Notes: generated from the letters alone by a model not told the origin. 64,000 nucleotides of DNA from Eledone cirrhosa (GCA_964016885.1 OZ024759.1:12462001-12526000), one strand, 5' to 3'; counted from the stretch's first letter, positions 13,288 to 26,641 are shown. Made by a program: numbers and translations.

Positions 13288-14200
13288 TCATGGTGCCATG
13301 ACAAAATACACCCAGTTCACTATGTAAAGTTGTAGTGTTGGTGTCATGATAAAGTACACCCAGTACACTCTGTAACCATGATAAAATACACCCAGTACAC
13401 TCTGTAAAGTGGTGGTGTTGGTGCCATTATAAAATATATCCAGTACACTCTGTAAAGTGGTAGTGTTGGTGTCATGATAAAATACACCCAGTACACTCTG
13501 TAAAGTGGTAGTGTTGGTGTCATGATAAAATACACCCAGTACACTCTGTAAAGTGGTAGTGTTGGTGTCATGATAAAATACATCCAGTACATTCTGTAAA
13601 GTGGTAGTGTTGGTGCCATGATAAAATATATCCAGTACACTCTGTAAAGTGGTAGTGTTGGTGTCATGATAAAATACACCCAGTACACTCTGTAAAGTGG
13701 TAGTGTTGGTGTCATGATAAAGTACACCCAGTACACTCTGTAACAATGATAAAATACACCCAGTACACTCTGTAAAGTGGTGGTGTTGGTGCCATTATAA
13801 AATATATCCAGTACACTCTGTAAAGTGGTAGTGTTGGTGTCATGATAAAATACACCCAGTACACTCTGTAAAGTGGTAGTGTTGGTGTCATGATAAAATA
13901 CACCCAGTACACTCTGTAAAGTGGTAGTGTTGGTGTCATGATAAAATACACCCAGTACACTCTGTAAAGTGGTAGTGTTGGTGTCATGATAAAATACACC
14001 CAGTACACTCTGTAAAGTGGTAGTGTTGGTGCCATGATAAAATACACCCAGTACACTCTGTAAAGTGGTAGTGTTGGTGTCATGATAAAATACACCCAGT
14101 ACACTCTGTAAAGTGGTAGTGTTGGTGTCATGATAAAATACACCTAGTACACTCTGTAAAGTGGTTGGAGTTAGGAAGGGGGTATCCAGCTGTAGAAACC
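13288..14200 (+). repeat. 48-bp minisatellite (~18 copies), SINE-A derived
   Basis: Unit ATGATAAAATACACCCAGTACACTCTGTAAAGTGGTAGTGTTGGTGTC; runs into GTTAGGAAGGGGGTATCCAGCTGTAGAAA. Confidence 0.9.
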
Positions 14201-15076
14201 ATACCAAATATGGCACATGTGAGCAAGATGAGTCCTCTCTAACCTGTCTAATGTCAGACAGTGACAACCTCTCCAAACTATGGCAACATGGAAGGAGCAC
14301 TCTCTCATCTAGCTGGTCACAGCATGGAAGTTTTCTGTAACCTGTCTAGTGTCAGACAGTGACAATCTGTCCATATCATACCAGCATGGCAGGAGTCCTC
14401 TCTGACCAGTCTAGCCCTGGAGTTTGACCTACAACCTGAAAGCTCAGTTGCTGTCTATCTTTCCTACAACTACTACTACTACAATGGCCTCTGTGCCACA
14501 CAGAGGGCTGATCGTGTATCACCTCCACTCAGATACTCCTGAGTTACACGTCTCACTTCCTCACCCATGATGTGTCGTCCAACACTCCAGGCCCCACACT
14601 GACCACTGCACTCAGAAAACCACTAGCCCATTGGAACTCCATCATTGCTCATGTCCATCATCTAACCCATGCTAGCATGGAAGAATGGTGTAAAACGGTG
14701 ATGATGATGATGATCAACAACACTGACCTTACCAATCTCAGAGGAGTTGTGAAGGCCATGGGCACCAACCCTTTCTACGGACCTAACAAGTAAAATGGAA
14801 AAAAAAAAAGGGGAACTGAATTGTGACCCCTTAAACTTGCAGTTTCTCCAGACAACAGACACAAGTAAGAATACTGTCTAATTTCTATTTAGGCCCCTGG
14901 CTGCTCACATTTTTTTAGTTCTTAGGACCCCGTTTATTTAAACCTTTTCAAAGAAACCTGACCAAAACTGGCTCTGGTTTTATGTAACAAATTCTCCAGT
15001 TTTAAAGGGTTGCTATTCAAATCAAAATTTACCAACAAATAAAAGAACTTTTTAAGTTATGCTACAAATACCATCC

Positions 15077-15292
15077 TTAACCTTTTAGCATTTAAACCGG
15101 CCATATCTGGCCAGAATTCTCTCACTCCTTTCTGTTCAAACCGGCTGTAACTGCCCACTCATACCAACATTAAGGTATTGTTCTCAAAATAAATATCATC
15201 AAAATCTTGTAGATTCAATATTATGTGAGGTAAAGTCTTTACCACAAAAATACAATAGTATATATAAATTAATGTAAATGCTAAAGGGTTAA
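15077..15292 (+). mobile_element. piggyBac-like MITE, unamplified full copy
   Basis: TTAA-CCTTTTAGCATTTA...TAAATGCTAAAGGG-TTAA, about 208 bp between the TTAAs. Confidence 0.85.
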
Positions 15293-15442
15293 TAATGAAA
15301 TAATTATTTTAGTAAATCCCTTCAAATTCTTCATTAATTCAGGGATATGGAAATGGACAGTTAAATAAAGTACTCAATACATTAATAGAGAAGGTACACA
15401 CACACACATTATATACATATATATATTTCATATAGAAATTAC

Positions 15443-15482
15443 TTCTACAGGACTAGGACTGTTTCATTTAAATCATCAGGAA
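15443..15482 (-). ncRNA. Minimal type-I hammerhead ribozyme motif in palindromic insert 15428-15540
   Basis: Minus strand: uuc CUGAUGA uuuaaau GAAA CAG uccuaguc CUG UA gaa; stem I uuc/gaa, GUA triplet, weak stem II. Confidence 0.65.
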
Positions 15483-15555
15483 CTTGATGATTTCAAACAA
15501 ATGAAACAGTTCTAGTTCTGTGGAAGTAATTTCTATATGATATATATATATATAA

Positions 15556-15899
15556 TCATCATCATCATCATTTCATTTTACGTCCGCTTTTTCCCTGCTT
15601 GCAAGGGTAGGACGGGAACTGATGCTGGCTTGATTTCTACAGCTGGATGCCCTTCCTAACACCAACCTCATTTACAGTGAGTGCTGGGTGCTTTTTTGCC
15701 GTGGCACCTCCACGACCACTTTGCAGTGGAATGATAGGGACCCCAGTCCCTATCATCTCATTTCTACAGCTGAGTAAACTGGAGCAATGTGAAATAAAGT
15801 GTCTTGCTCAAGGAAACATCACATCACCCGGTCTGAGAATTGAACTCACAACCTTTCGATTGCAAGGCCAATGCTCTAACCACTAAGCCATGTGCCTCC
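15556..15899 (-). mobile_element. tRNA-derived SINE (family A) with RTE-like (GAT)n tail
   Basis: Head GGCACATGGCTTAGTGGTTAGAGC...GAGTTCAATTC (A and B boxes); near-identical to 20508-20845 and 59981-60290. Confidence 0.88.
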
Positions 15900-15947
15900 A
15901 TATATATATATATATATATAATTGAATATATGAGAGGGATGAACACC

Positions 15948-16138
15948 GATACAAGTATACATGTGTTCCAATTGCAAATGACCAAGTTAGCTAGGTTGAA
16001 AAAATACTAATATAGGTTTTATTTTTATTGATTTATTACTTTAAATCGAGTCAGGCAATACCATATTGTTTTAAATTAGTATTTTTTCAACCTAGCTAAC
16101 TTGGTCATTTGCAATTGGAACACATGTATACGTGTATC
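15948..16138. repeat. Inverted repeat with ~64-bp near-perfect arms
   Basis: GATACAAGTATACATGTGTTCCAATTGC...AATACTAAT / ATTAGTATT...GCAATTGGAACACATGTATACGTGTATC, next to (TA)n. Confidence 0.85.
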
Positions 16139-16457
16139 AACTCAATTATATTACACGGCTCGGAAAGATTCCCTTCTTTGAGCTATTTAATTGTAAAACA
16201 CTATTTTGAGTTTCTAACTCAATCTATGATATATATATATTTGGAAGAAACAGAGGGCCATGTGGTTACTTGATAAAGTGTATTTAGAAATAAAAGGAAA
16301 GCACAGAGGACAATCCCTTCTTCAGGTGTCTGCTGGAGACCACGGACATTTCAACACATTAAAGACATTTTGAGTGTGTGGGTGGGATAACTAATCTACA
16401 ATAAGGTAGCATTGCCTAGAAGAAAAAAATCTTTGCAGATCACAAAACAAAATTTGT

Positions 16458-19400
16458 AGAAACCATGCACCCCTTCTACACTATAACAGCATTGGTGTTA
16501 GGAAGGGGATCTAGCTGTAGCAACCATGCACCCCCTCTACATTATAACAGCAGTGGTGTTAGGAAGGGGATCTAGCTGTAGAAACCATGCACCCCCTCTA
16601 CATTATAACAGCAGTGGTGTTAGGAAGGGGATCTAGCTGTAGAAACCATGTACCCCCTCTACATTATAACAGCATTGGTGTTAGGAAGGGGATCTAGCTG
16701 TAGAAACCATGTACCCCCTCTACATTATAACAGCATTGGTGTTAGGAAGGGGATCTAGCTGTAGAAACCATGCACCCCCTCTACATTATAACAACATTGG
16801 TGTTAGGAAGGGGATCTAGCTGTAGAAACCATGCACCCCCTCTACATTATAACAACATTGGTGTTAGGAAGGGCTTCTAGCTGTAGAAACCATGCACCCC
16901 CTCTACATTATAACAACATTGGTGTTAGGAAGGGCTTCTAGCTGTAGAAACCATGTACCCCCTCTACATTATAACAGCATTGGTGTTAGGAAGGGGATCT
17001 AGCTGTAGAAACCATGCACCCCCTCTACATTATAACAACATTGGTGTTAGGAAGGGCTTCTAGCTGTAGAAACCATGCACCCCCTCTACATTATAACAGC
17101 ATTGGTGTTAGGAAGGGGATCTAGCTGTAGAAACCATGCACCCCCTCTACATTATAACAACATTGGTGTTAGGAAGGGGATCTAGCTGTAGAAACCATGC
17201 ACCCCCTCTACATTATAACAACATTGGTGTTAGGAAGGGGATCTAGCTGTAGAAACCATGCACCCCCTCTACATTATAACAGCAGTGGTGTTAGGAAGGG
17301 GATCTAGCTGTAGAAACCATGCACCCCCTCTACATTATAACAACAGTGGTGTTAGGAAGGGGATCTAGCTGTAGAAACCATGCACCCCCTCTACATTATA
17401 ACAGCATTGGTGTTAGGAAGGGGATCTAGCTGTAGAAACCATGTACCCCCTCTACATTATAACAGCATTGGTGTTAGGAAGGGGATCTAGCTGTAGAAAC
17501 CATGCACCCCCTCTACATTATAACAACATTGGTGTTAGGAAGGGGATCTAGCTGTAGAAACCATGCACCCCCTCTACATTATAACAACATTGGTGTTAGG
17601 AAGGGCTTCTAGCTGTAGAAACCATGCACCCCCTCTACATTATAACAGCATTGGTGTTAGGAAGGGGATCTAGCTGTAGAAACCATGCACCCCCTCTACA
17701 TTATAACAACATTGGTGTTAGGAAGGGGATCTAGCTGTAGAAACCATGCACCCCCTCTACATTATAACAGCATTGGTGTTAGGAAGGGCTTCTAGCTGTA
17801 GAAACCATGCACCCCCTCTACATTATAACAGCATTGGTGTTAGGAAGGGGATCTAGCTGTAGAAACCATGCACCCCCTCTACATTATAACAGCATTGGTG
17901 TTAGGAAGGGGATCTAGCTGTAGAAACCATGTACCCCCTCTACATTATAACAACATTGGTGTTAGGAAGGGCTTCTAGCTGTAGAAACCATGCACCCCCT
18001 CTACATTATAACAGCATTGGTGTTAGGAAGGGGATCTAGCTGTAGAAACCATGCAACCCCTCTACATTATAACAGCATTGGTGTTAGGAAGGGGATCTAG
18101 CTGTAGAAACCATGTACCCCCTCTACATTATAACAACATTGGTGTTAGGAAGGGCTTCTAGCTGTAGAAACCATGCACCCCCTCTACATTATAACAGCAT
18201 TGGTGTTAGGAAGGGGATCTAGCTGTAGAAACCATGCACCCCCTCTACATTATAACAGCAGTGGTGTTAGGAAGGGGATCTAGCTGTAGAAACCATGCAC
18301 CCCCTCTACATTATAACAGCAGTGGTGTTAGGAAGGGGATCTAGCTGTAGAAACCATGTACCCCCTTAACATTATAACAGCAGTGGTGTTAGGAAGGGGA
18401 TCTAGCTGTAGAAACCATGCACCCCCTCTACATTATAACAACATTGGTGTTAGGAAGGGGATCTAGCTGTAGAAACCATGCACCCCCTCTACATTATAAC
18501 AGCATTGGTGTTAGGAAGGGGATCTAGCTGTAGAAACCATGCACCCCCTTAACATTATAACAGCAGTGGTGTTAGGAAGGGGATCTAGCTGTAGAAACCA
18601 TGCACCCCCTCTACATTATAACAACATTGGTGTTAGGAAGGGGATCTAGCTGTAGAAACCATGCACCCCCTTAACATTATAACAGCATTGGTGTTAGGAA
18701 GGGGATCTAGCTGTAGAAACCATGCACCCCCTCTACATTATAACAGCAGTGGTGTTAGGAAGGGCTTCTAGCTGTAGAAACCATGCACCCCCTCTACATT
18801 ATAACAACATTGGTGTTAGGAAGGGCTTCTAGCTGTAGAAACCATGCACCCCCTCTACATTATAACAGCATTGGTGTTAGGAAGGGGATCTAGCTGTAGA
18901 AACCATGCACCCCCTCTACATTATAACAGCAGTGGTGTTAGGAAGGGGATCTAGCTGTAGAAACCATGCACCCCCTCTACATTATAACAGCATTGGTGTT
19001 AGGAAGGGGATCTAGCTGTAGAAACCATGCACCCCCTCTACATTATAACAACATTGGTGTTAGGAAGGGGATCTAGCTGTAGCAACCATGCACCCCCTCT
19101 ACATTATAACAGCATTGGTGTTAGGAAGGGGATCTAGCTGTAGAAACCATGCACCCCCTTAACATTATAACAGCATTGGTGTTAGGAAGGGGATCTAGCT
19201 GTAGAAACCATGCACCCCCTCTACATTATAACAGCATTGGTGTTAGGAAGGGGATCTAGCTGTAGAAACCATGCACCCCCTCTACATTATAACAGCATTG
19301 GTGTTAGGAAGGGGATCTAGCTGTAGCAACCATGCACCCCCTCTACATTATAACAACATTGGTGTTAGGAAGGGGATCTAGCTGTAGAAACCATGCACCC

Positions 19401-20230
19401 CCTTAACATTATAACAGCATTGGTGTTAGGAAGGGGATCTAGCTGTAGAAACCATGCACCCCCTCTACATTATAACAACATTGGTGTTAGGAAGGGGATC
19501 TAGCTGTAGAAACCATGCACCCCCTCTACATTATAACAGCAGTGGTGTTAGGAAGGGGATCTAGCTGTAGAAACCATGTACCCCCTCTACATTATAACAG
19601 CATTGGTGTTAGGAAGGGGATCTAGCTGTAGCAACCATGCACCCCCTCTACATTATAACAACATTGGTGTTAGGAAGGGGATCTAGCTGTAGAAACCATG
19701 TACCCCCTCTACATTATAACAGCAGTGGTGTTAGGAAGGGGATCTAGCTGTAGAAACCATGCACCCCCTCTACATTATAACAACATTGGTGTTAGGAAGG
19801 GGATCTAGCTGTAGAAACCATGCACCCCCTCTACATTATAACAGCATTGGTGTTAGGAAGGGCTTCTAGCTGTAGAAACCATGCACCCCCTCTACATTAT
19901 AACAGCATTGGTGTTAGGAAGGGCTTCTAGCTGTAGAAACCATGCACCCCCTCTACATTATAACAACATTGGTGTTAGGAAGGGCTTCTAGCTGTAGAAA
20001 CCATGTACCCCCTCTACATTATAACAGCATTGGTGTTAGGAAGGGCTTCTAGCTGTAGAACCCGTGATCCCTGTCTATACTGTAAAGTGACTGGTATTAG
20101 GAAGGGCATCCAGCTGTAGGAACCAAGCAGCCTGTCTACACAGTAAAGTAGTTGGTGTTAAGGGTATCCAACTGTAGGAACCAAGCCAAAATATAGATCT
20201 GTCAGGACGTTAAACAATGATGATGATGAT
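16458..20230 (+). repeat. 61-bp minisatellite (~59 copies), SINE-A derived
   Basis: Unit contains TGGTGTTAGGAAGGGGATCTAGCTGTAGAAACC; ends in diverged units and GGACGTTAAACAAT(GAT)n. Confidence 0.92.
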
Positions 20231-20348
20231 TAGAAGGGTGATATAGAGGCTGAGTCGTTAGATCACTGGACAAATGTATAAAATTATTTGTTGAGGCTCT
20301 CAACATTCTGAGTTCAAATCCCACTGAGGTCAACTCTACCTTTCATTC

Positions 20349-20908
20349 TTAACCCTTTAGCATCTAAACCGGCCATATCCGGCCAGAACTGTCTCACCTC
20401 TTTCTGTTCAAACTGGCTGTAACTGGCCATTTATACTGATGTTAAGGTATTGTTCTCGAAATAAATAACATCAAAATCTCATAGATTCGATATTATGTGA
20501 GATATTATGGCTTAGTGGTTAGAGCATTGGCCTTGCAATCGAAAGGTTGTGAGTTCAATTCTCAGACCGGGTGATGTGTTGTTTCCTTGAGCAAGACACT
20601 TTATTTCACATTGCTCCAGTTTACTCAGCTGTAGAAATGAGATGATAGGGACCCCAGTCCCTATCATTCCACTGCAAAGTGGTCGTGGAGGTCCACGGCA
20701 AAAAAAGCACCCAGCACTCACTGTAAATGAGGTTGGTGTTAGGAAGGGCATCCAGCTGTAGAAATCAAGCCAGAATCAGTTCCCGTCCCACCCTTGCAAG
20801 CAGGGAAAAGTGGACGCAAAATGATGATGATGATGATGAATGATGATAAAGTGTTTACCATGAAAATACAATAGTAAATATAGAGTAATTTAAATACTAA
20901 AGGGTTAA
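20349..20908 (+). mobile_element. piggyBac-like MITE interrupted by SINE-A and inserted in SINE-B
   Basis: TTAA at both ends splits the SINE-B core CCTTTCATTC-TTAA-GAGGTCGATAAAATAAAGTACC. Confidence 0.85.
20508..20845 (+). mobile_element. tRNA-derived SINE family A
   Basis: TGGCTTAGTGG A box, GAGTTCAATTC B box, (GAT)n tail. Confidence 0.88.
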
Positions 20909-21017
20909 GAGGTCGATAAAATAAAGTACCAGTAACGATCTGGGGTCGATTTAATAGACTTTCCCCGCCCCTGAAACTGTTGGCCTTGTGCCTATAGTAG
21001 AAACAAGTATTATTATT

Positions 21018-21215
21018 ATGGCAGTGGATTGGCAGTATCGGTAGCGGGCCGGACACTATGCTTTGCAGCATAGAGTTACGGCCCTTTATAGTCTGAGTTT
21101 AAATTACGCCGAGGTTAACTTTGCCTTTCATCCTTACGAGGTCGATAAAATAAAGTACCAGTAATGCACATGGGTTGATTTAATCAACTTCCTCCCTCGC
21201 CCGACCCCTAAATTG
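21018..21215 (+). mobile_element. tRNA-derived SINE family B
   Basis: TGGCAGTATCGG...GAGTTTAAATT...GCCTTTCATCCTTACGAGGTCGATAAAATAAAGTACCAG. Other copies at about 23140, 23465, 27265, 28080, 30930, 39930, 41200-41960 and 51868-52527. Confidence 0.82.
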
Positions 21216-21390
21216 TTAGGTCCACCTCGTGATGTTACTGAACACACGTTGTTTGACACGACTTCTGCGATTATAAACGAAAGCGAAAATAAACCACTTC
21301 CGGACACGGAAACTAACGAAGTTGTTGTTTACATTGCTTAGATTTAAGACGAAGGATCGCCTCCTAATATATCAATATATATATATATAT

Positions 21391-21483
21391 ATAGGAAAAA
21401 GTATGACCCCGACGGCTATTTCAGTCCAGAAATAGCCGTCGAAACGGCTTGAGCTCTGCCGTCGGGGTCATACTTTTTCCTAT
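21391..21483. repeat. Palindromic insert with a hammerhead 3' half
   Basis: ATAGGAAAAAGTATGACCCCGACGGC / GCCGTCGGGGTCATACTTTTTCCTAT; contains GAAA CGGC ttgagctct GCCG TC. Related hairpin at 21756-21847 and fragment at about 25575. Confidence 0.7.
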
Positions 21484-21839
21484 TACCCACTCTACTACCC
21501 TAAGTATTGAGTACTCTGGTGCGTTATGGTCCATCTGGTTCCTTACCACAACTCCTTCGTTATACATATATCAACAGTCGATCGACAAAATCCCAGACCT
21601 CATTCGCTTAATCGGACCGAGGAAACAATGTTTCCATTGGTCTTTCCAATTGCTAATACTATCTGTCAGTCACAAATCCAGGCAGAAGGAGCAATGTGAA
21701 ATAAAGTGTCATTACTCACTAGAATACTCGATACTCGGGGTAATAGAGTGGCTAATATGAAAAATTCGGGACCCCGACGGCTGGGCTCCGGCCGTAGTTG
21801 TTGAAATGACCGGAGCTCAGCTGTCGAGGGCCCCGAATT

Positions 21840-21877
<38 letters not shown>

Positions 21878-21921
21878 CAAAATATTAATAAATGAAGACA
21901 TTCACATAATCAAAATATATG

Positions 21922-21983
21922 TTTTATTATATATATTTCGAAGGTACTGTGCTGTTTTTTCAGTACGTCCTCGTCAGATAAAA
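21922..21983 (-). ncRNA. Type-I hammerhead ribozyme motif (PLE-type)
   Basis: uuuuau CUGACGA GGACGUACUG-loop-CAGUACCUUC GAAA UAUAUA UA auaaaa; 6-bp stem I, ~9-bp stem II, palindromic stem III. Confidence 0.8.
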
Positions 21984-22100
21984 TACATTAATAATATTTT
22001 GAATAATATTAATAACTCCAGAAAACTTCTTTGTAGAGTGCTTTTAATCTATTGTAAAACTATATTCATTGAGTAATCAATGAACCATATTAATCTTTGG

Positions 22101-22159
<59 letters not shown>

Positions 22160-22644
22160 ACACCACCCGACCAATGAAAATTTCAACCAGGGGGCCTCTG
22201 CAGGCTTTATCCGACCTTCTCGCAAATGAACGCGGAATTAAATCAATTCTTTACCCACCCCACCAGATCTATATTCTATAGAAACGGCAGAAAGAGGGGA
22301 ATGTGTGGCCTTCATGCCGTTAATTTTCAAGGTCATAAGCGTCTGTAAAATTCAACAAGGAATTATTTTTTTTATTTTTCAAATTCCCGTTTGTTCTTTT
22401 CTAAAGGATACAATGTGGAATTGATTTGTAATAAAACTGAAACAGAGTCAATCGATCCACCACAATCGAACTCACATCACATCGATTAGACACCAACATT
22501 AATTATCCTTAGTTTTATTTGTCCATCACAGTAAATATTGTTTATTTTTGTGTGAAATATTACACACAGACATATACACACACACACATTTGAAATGTCG
22601 TCCCAGGGGAAATTTCGAATTTTTCCAATGCTTAACTGATTGTT

Positions 22645-22688
<44 letters not shown>

Positions 22689-23075
22689 CGTGTGTACACA
22701 CACTACTCGGTTCACATATTGAGCTCTACTTGAGAATGATCCCAAGCTTACCAATGGTTGTATATATGTAAGCATATATATATATATGTATGTCTGCACA
22801 TATATATATATGTATGCATATATATATATATATATGTATGCACACACACACACACATATATATATATATGCATATAACAAAGGAATTGTGGTAAGGAACC
22901 AGATGGACCATATATGCATATATATATATATATATGCATCTTCTGTAGATGTATTTTCTCTACAGAATAAAGATGCTTATACTCTACCAACGTATTGAGT
23001 TAACTGTGGTCACCCACTGATCACTACTATTATTAATTCTAAGGCTTGGAGGAATATCTCTCTCTCTCTCTCTCC

Positions 23076-23106
<31 letters not shown>

Positions 23107-23293
23107 CGATACAGACGTATATTTTGATATATATACACAATTGTTTCTACTTTTGGCACAAGGCCAACAATTACTCTGTACATTACTGGTACTTTATTTT
23201 ATCGACCTCGTAAGCATGAAAGGCAAAGTTAACCTCGACGGGATTTGAACTCAAACCATATTGTAGACGAAACGGGACAGAAAGCAAAATATA

Positions 23294-23450
23294 CACACAG
23301 GGCTCACACACAAAAAAACAACAACAAAAAGATATGAATTGTGGTGATGGTGGAATGGGTTAATTGGAATGGGTCAATTAATTATTATTATTACACAAAA
23401 AAAAACCACACGGTACCATATTGTGCAGTCTTTATGTGAGCCCTGTGTGT
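23294..23450. repeat. Small element with 16-bp terminal inverted repeats
   Basis: ACACACAGGGCTCACA ... TGTGAGCCCTGTGTGT. Confidence 0.55.
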
Positions 23451-23641
23451 GGCTAATAGAGAAACTGAGGTTAGCTTTGCCTTTCATCCTTACGGGATCA
23501 ATAAAACAAAGTACCAGTAATGCACTGAGTTAATTTAATTGACTTTGCCCTCCCCTAAAATTGCTGGCCTTGTGTCTAAAGTAGAAACAATTATTATTCT
23601 TATTATAAATATTATTACTTAGGGAGTATTAGTTTGTTTAC

Positions 23642-23718
23642 CTGTTGGAGGAATAACATTTGTGAGCCGACGAAGAAGCGGTCTGTAGCCTGGACAGAAT
23701 TCTACGTCCACTCGGCAT
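23642..23718 (-). CDS. TMEM39: TMEM39 first coding exon (below the ORF-track cutoff)
   Basis: MPSGRRILSRLQTASSSAHKCYSSN+AG/gtaaac; TMEM39A starts MPGGRR; 77 bp joins exon 2 in frame. Confidence 0.88.
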
Positions 23719-23829
23719 CCTGCAACTCACATAGCGGTCGTCCTTACGTCTTCGACGAGCCGTGGGTTTCACAATCTCCGGGAAAATCTTCTCTTCTCAC
23801 AAGCAAAGTGGTTTCTCTTCTCAATCTGG

Positions 23830-25196
23830 TGTGATGTGGTGTCTATATGTGTCTATATATATGTGTGTGTATATATATATGTGTCAGTCTCTGCGTTCTC
23901 TTCTCGATCTGGTGTGCTGTGATGTCTATCTGTGTGTATATATGTATCTGTATGTCTCTCGTATCCAGTCTACCTGTAACTGGTATGATGTGATATCTAT
24001 GTATGTGTATATATGTGTATGTGTGTGTATCTGGTGTCTATCTGTGTGTATATGTGTATGTCTCCAGTATTCAGTCTACCTTTATCTGGTGTTATGTTAT
24101 GTCTATCTGTATGTATATGTGTACATATGTCTATATATATATATGTATGTATGTGTCAGTCTGCGCTTTCTCTTCTCGATCTGGTGTGATGTGTGTGTGT
24201 ATATATATATATGTGTGTATGTATGTCTCTAGTCTCTCACTGTATCTACCTAAATTAGAGTATATGTGTATGTATTATATATGTATTATGCCTGTGTATG
24301 TATCATGCCTCTACCTGTCAAAGTCGGAGTGTATGTATGTGTCTGAATCTGCTTATGTCAGCGTATATATTATATCTATCTATATATGTGTGCGTGTGGC
24401 TAAGTATATATCTCTAACTGCCTAAGTCAGAATATATATATGTATGTATATGAGTGTATGTTTGGGCCTGCGTACCTGCCTAAGCCACGGTGTATATAAT
24501 ATAATATATAGCTATTTAACTATATATATACATATGTGTGTGTAAGTATGTATCTATATATACGTATATGTATATATATATATTTTTTTTTTTGTGAGTG
24601 TGTGTTATGAGTGGAAGATGAATGTAAGAAGAACGAAGGAGCAAACGAGACAGAGAGGGGAAGTTTAGATATTTTGGTTGGTTTGTTAGTAGAGAGACTG
24701 AGATAGACTGTAAAGTTTCACAGCCATATGATGTAAGATGTATCTCTAGTTGGTGTTATTGGATTAAAAAGATGTGAATGGTGGTTTGATGGTGGCTGAG
24801 ATCGGCAGATTTGACGATAGTGACAAACTATATGGAGAGTGGTGGATATATGAGAGAGACAGACAGATATAGCGAGAGAGAATGGGTGGGAGATAGATAG
24901 ATAGATATATAGATAGGAGAGAGAGAAAGTAAATGTGATTACTGAGGGTGTGAGAGAGAGAGGTGTAAAAGAGAATGTGGTAAATGAACAATATGTGAGT
25001 GTGAGAGAGAGACAGTGTAGCAATGATAAAGAGAGGGGATAAGATAGAAGAAATGTGAAAGTCAGACAGATTAGGGAGAAAGACTAGTAGTAAATGAGAA
25101 AGGCAGATAGTGAGATGCAGTGAGACAGAGAGAGAGAGAGAGACAGATATATAGGGAGATAGTGATATATATATATATATAGAGAGAGAGAGAGTG

Positions 25197-25229
<33 letters not shown>

Positions 25230-25438
25230 CAGATATATATAGGGAGAGTGAGACGGAGAGAGACAGGTATAGAGAGATGCAGTGAGAGAGATCGACAAAC
25301 GATAGAGTATTAAATCAAAGACAAACGTGAAAGGGATTCGATTAACTTGATAAATAGACAGATAGATAAATAGATAGATACATATATAGATTTTATAGAG
25401 GATAAATAGAAAATTACAAGAGAGAGATAGACAGAGTT

Positions 25439-25481
<43 letters not shown>

Positions 25482-26641
25482 CGAGTTAGAAGACAAATAG
25501 ACGTTTGTTTTGATTTGTGTACATAGATGTTATATATTATGTTCTTGTGGGGTTATATATATATGTAGAGAGAGTTCAGCCGTCGGGGTCCCGAATCCTT
25601 TATATATAATATATATAATATATATAGTATATGTATGTATATAATATGTTATATATTCGTCTCTTCTTGTTAACGTGGTATGTTAAAAGATGCCGCCAGC
25701 GATCAGTGAATAAACTTAAAACAAAAACTATGATGACCCAACTATAAAAATGTGTGTGAAAAATTAACTAATCAAATAACGCCACACATTACATTCTACA
25801 TAACACTATCTCTCTTTATCTTTCTTACTATATCTCTCTCTATATATGTCTTTCTATCTCTCTCTCTCTCTCTTTATATCTATCTTTCTATCTCTCTCTC
25901 TATATATATGTCTTTCTATCTCTCTCTCTTTATATCTATCTTTCTATCTCTCTCTCTATATATATATATGTCTTTCTATCTCTCTCTCTTTATATCTATC
26001 TTTCTATATATCTCTTTCTATCTCGCTCTAACTCTCTATCTCTATCTCACACTCTCTCTTTCACTCTGTTTCTATCTCACTCTCTCTCTTTCACTCTCTT
26101 TATATCTATCTTTCTCTCCCTCTCTTTATCTATCTTTCTATCTCTCTCTCTCTTTCGATCTCTCTCTTTATATCTATCTTTCTAACTCTCTCTCACTCTC
26201 TTTATCTTTATTTCTATCATTCTATCGGTTTCACTCTTACTCACTTTATTTCTCTCTATATATCTCTCTCTAACTGTGTCTTTCTATTTCTCTCCCTGTC
26301 TGTTTCTTTATCTCTCTCTATATTTCTTTCTCTCTCTATATATATATATAAATGAAAGGTATAGAAAACATTGTAGCAAAAAGCCAACAGTATTCCATAA
26401 TATATATATATCTGTATCAAGCTATCTCTCTCTTTTTATCTCTATCTTTCTCTTTCTATTTCTCCCTCTCTCTAGACACAATTCCCCTCTATAGACAAGA
26501 TTTTCTCTCTATCTATCATACTCTTATTCTCTCTCTCCCTAGAAAAGACTTCAGCTCTTTAAATCTCTCCTCCCCTTTTTTCTCCCATTGTCTTACTCCT
26601 CTTCCCTTTTCTATCACCACCCCCATTACTACTACTACTGC

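Noticed and set aside
8421-14300. Multiple long Cys- or Val-rich ORFs resembling keratin-associated or membrane proteins
   Set aside because: Readouts of SINE-derived 48-bp arrays in several frames; only 12910-13117 is a real exon.
15830-15899. tRNA gene
   Set aside because: The tRNA-like head continues into a repeated body and (GAT)n tail, so it is a SINE.
16458-20060. CRISPR-like regular arrays (here and elsewhere)
   Set aside because: Head-to-tail repeats with no unique spacers, no cas genes, and a eukaryotic context.
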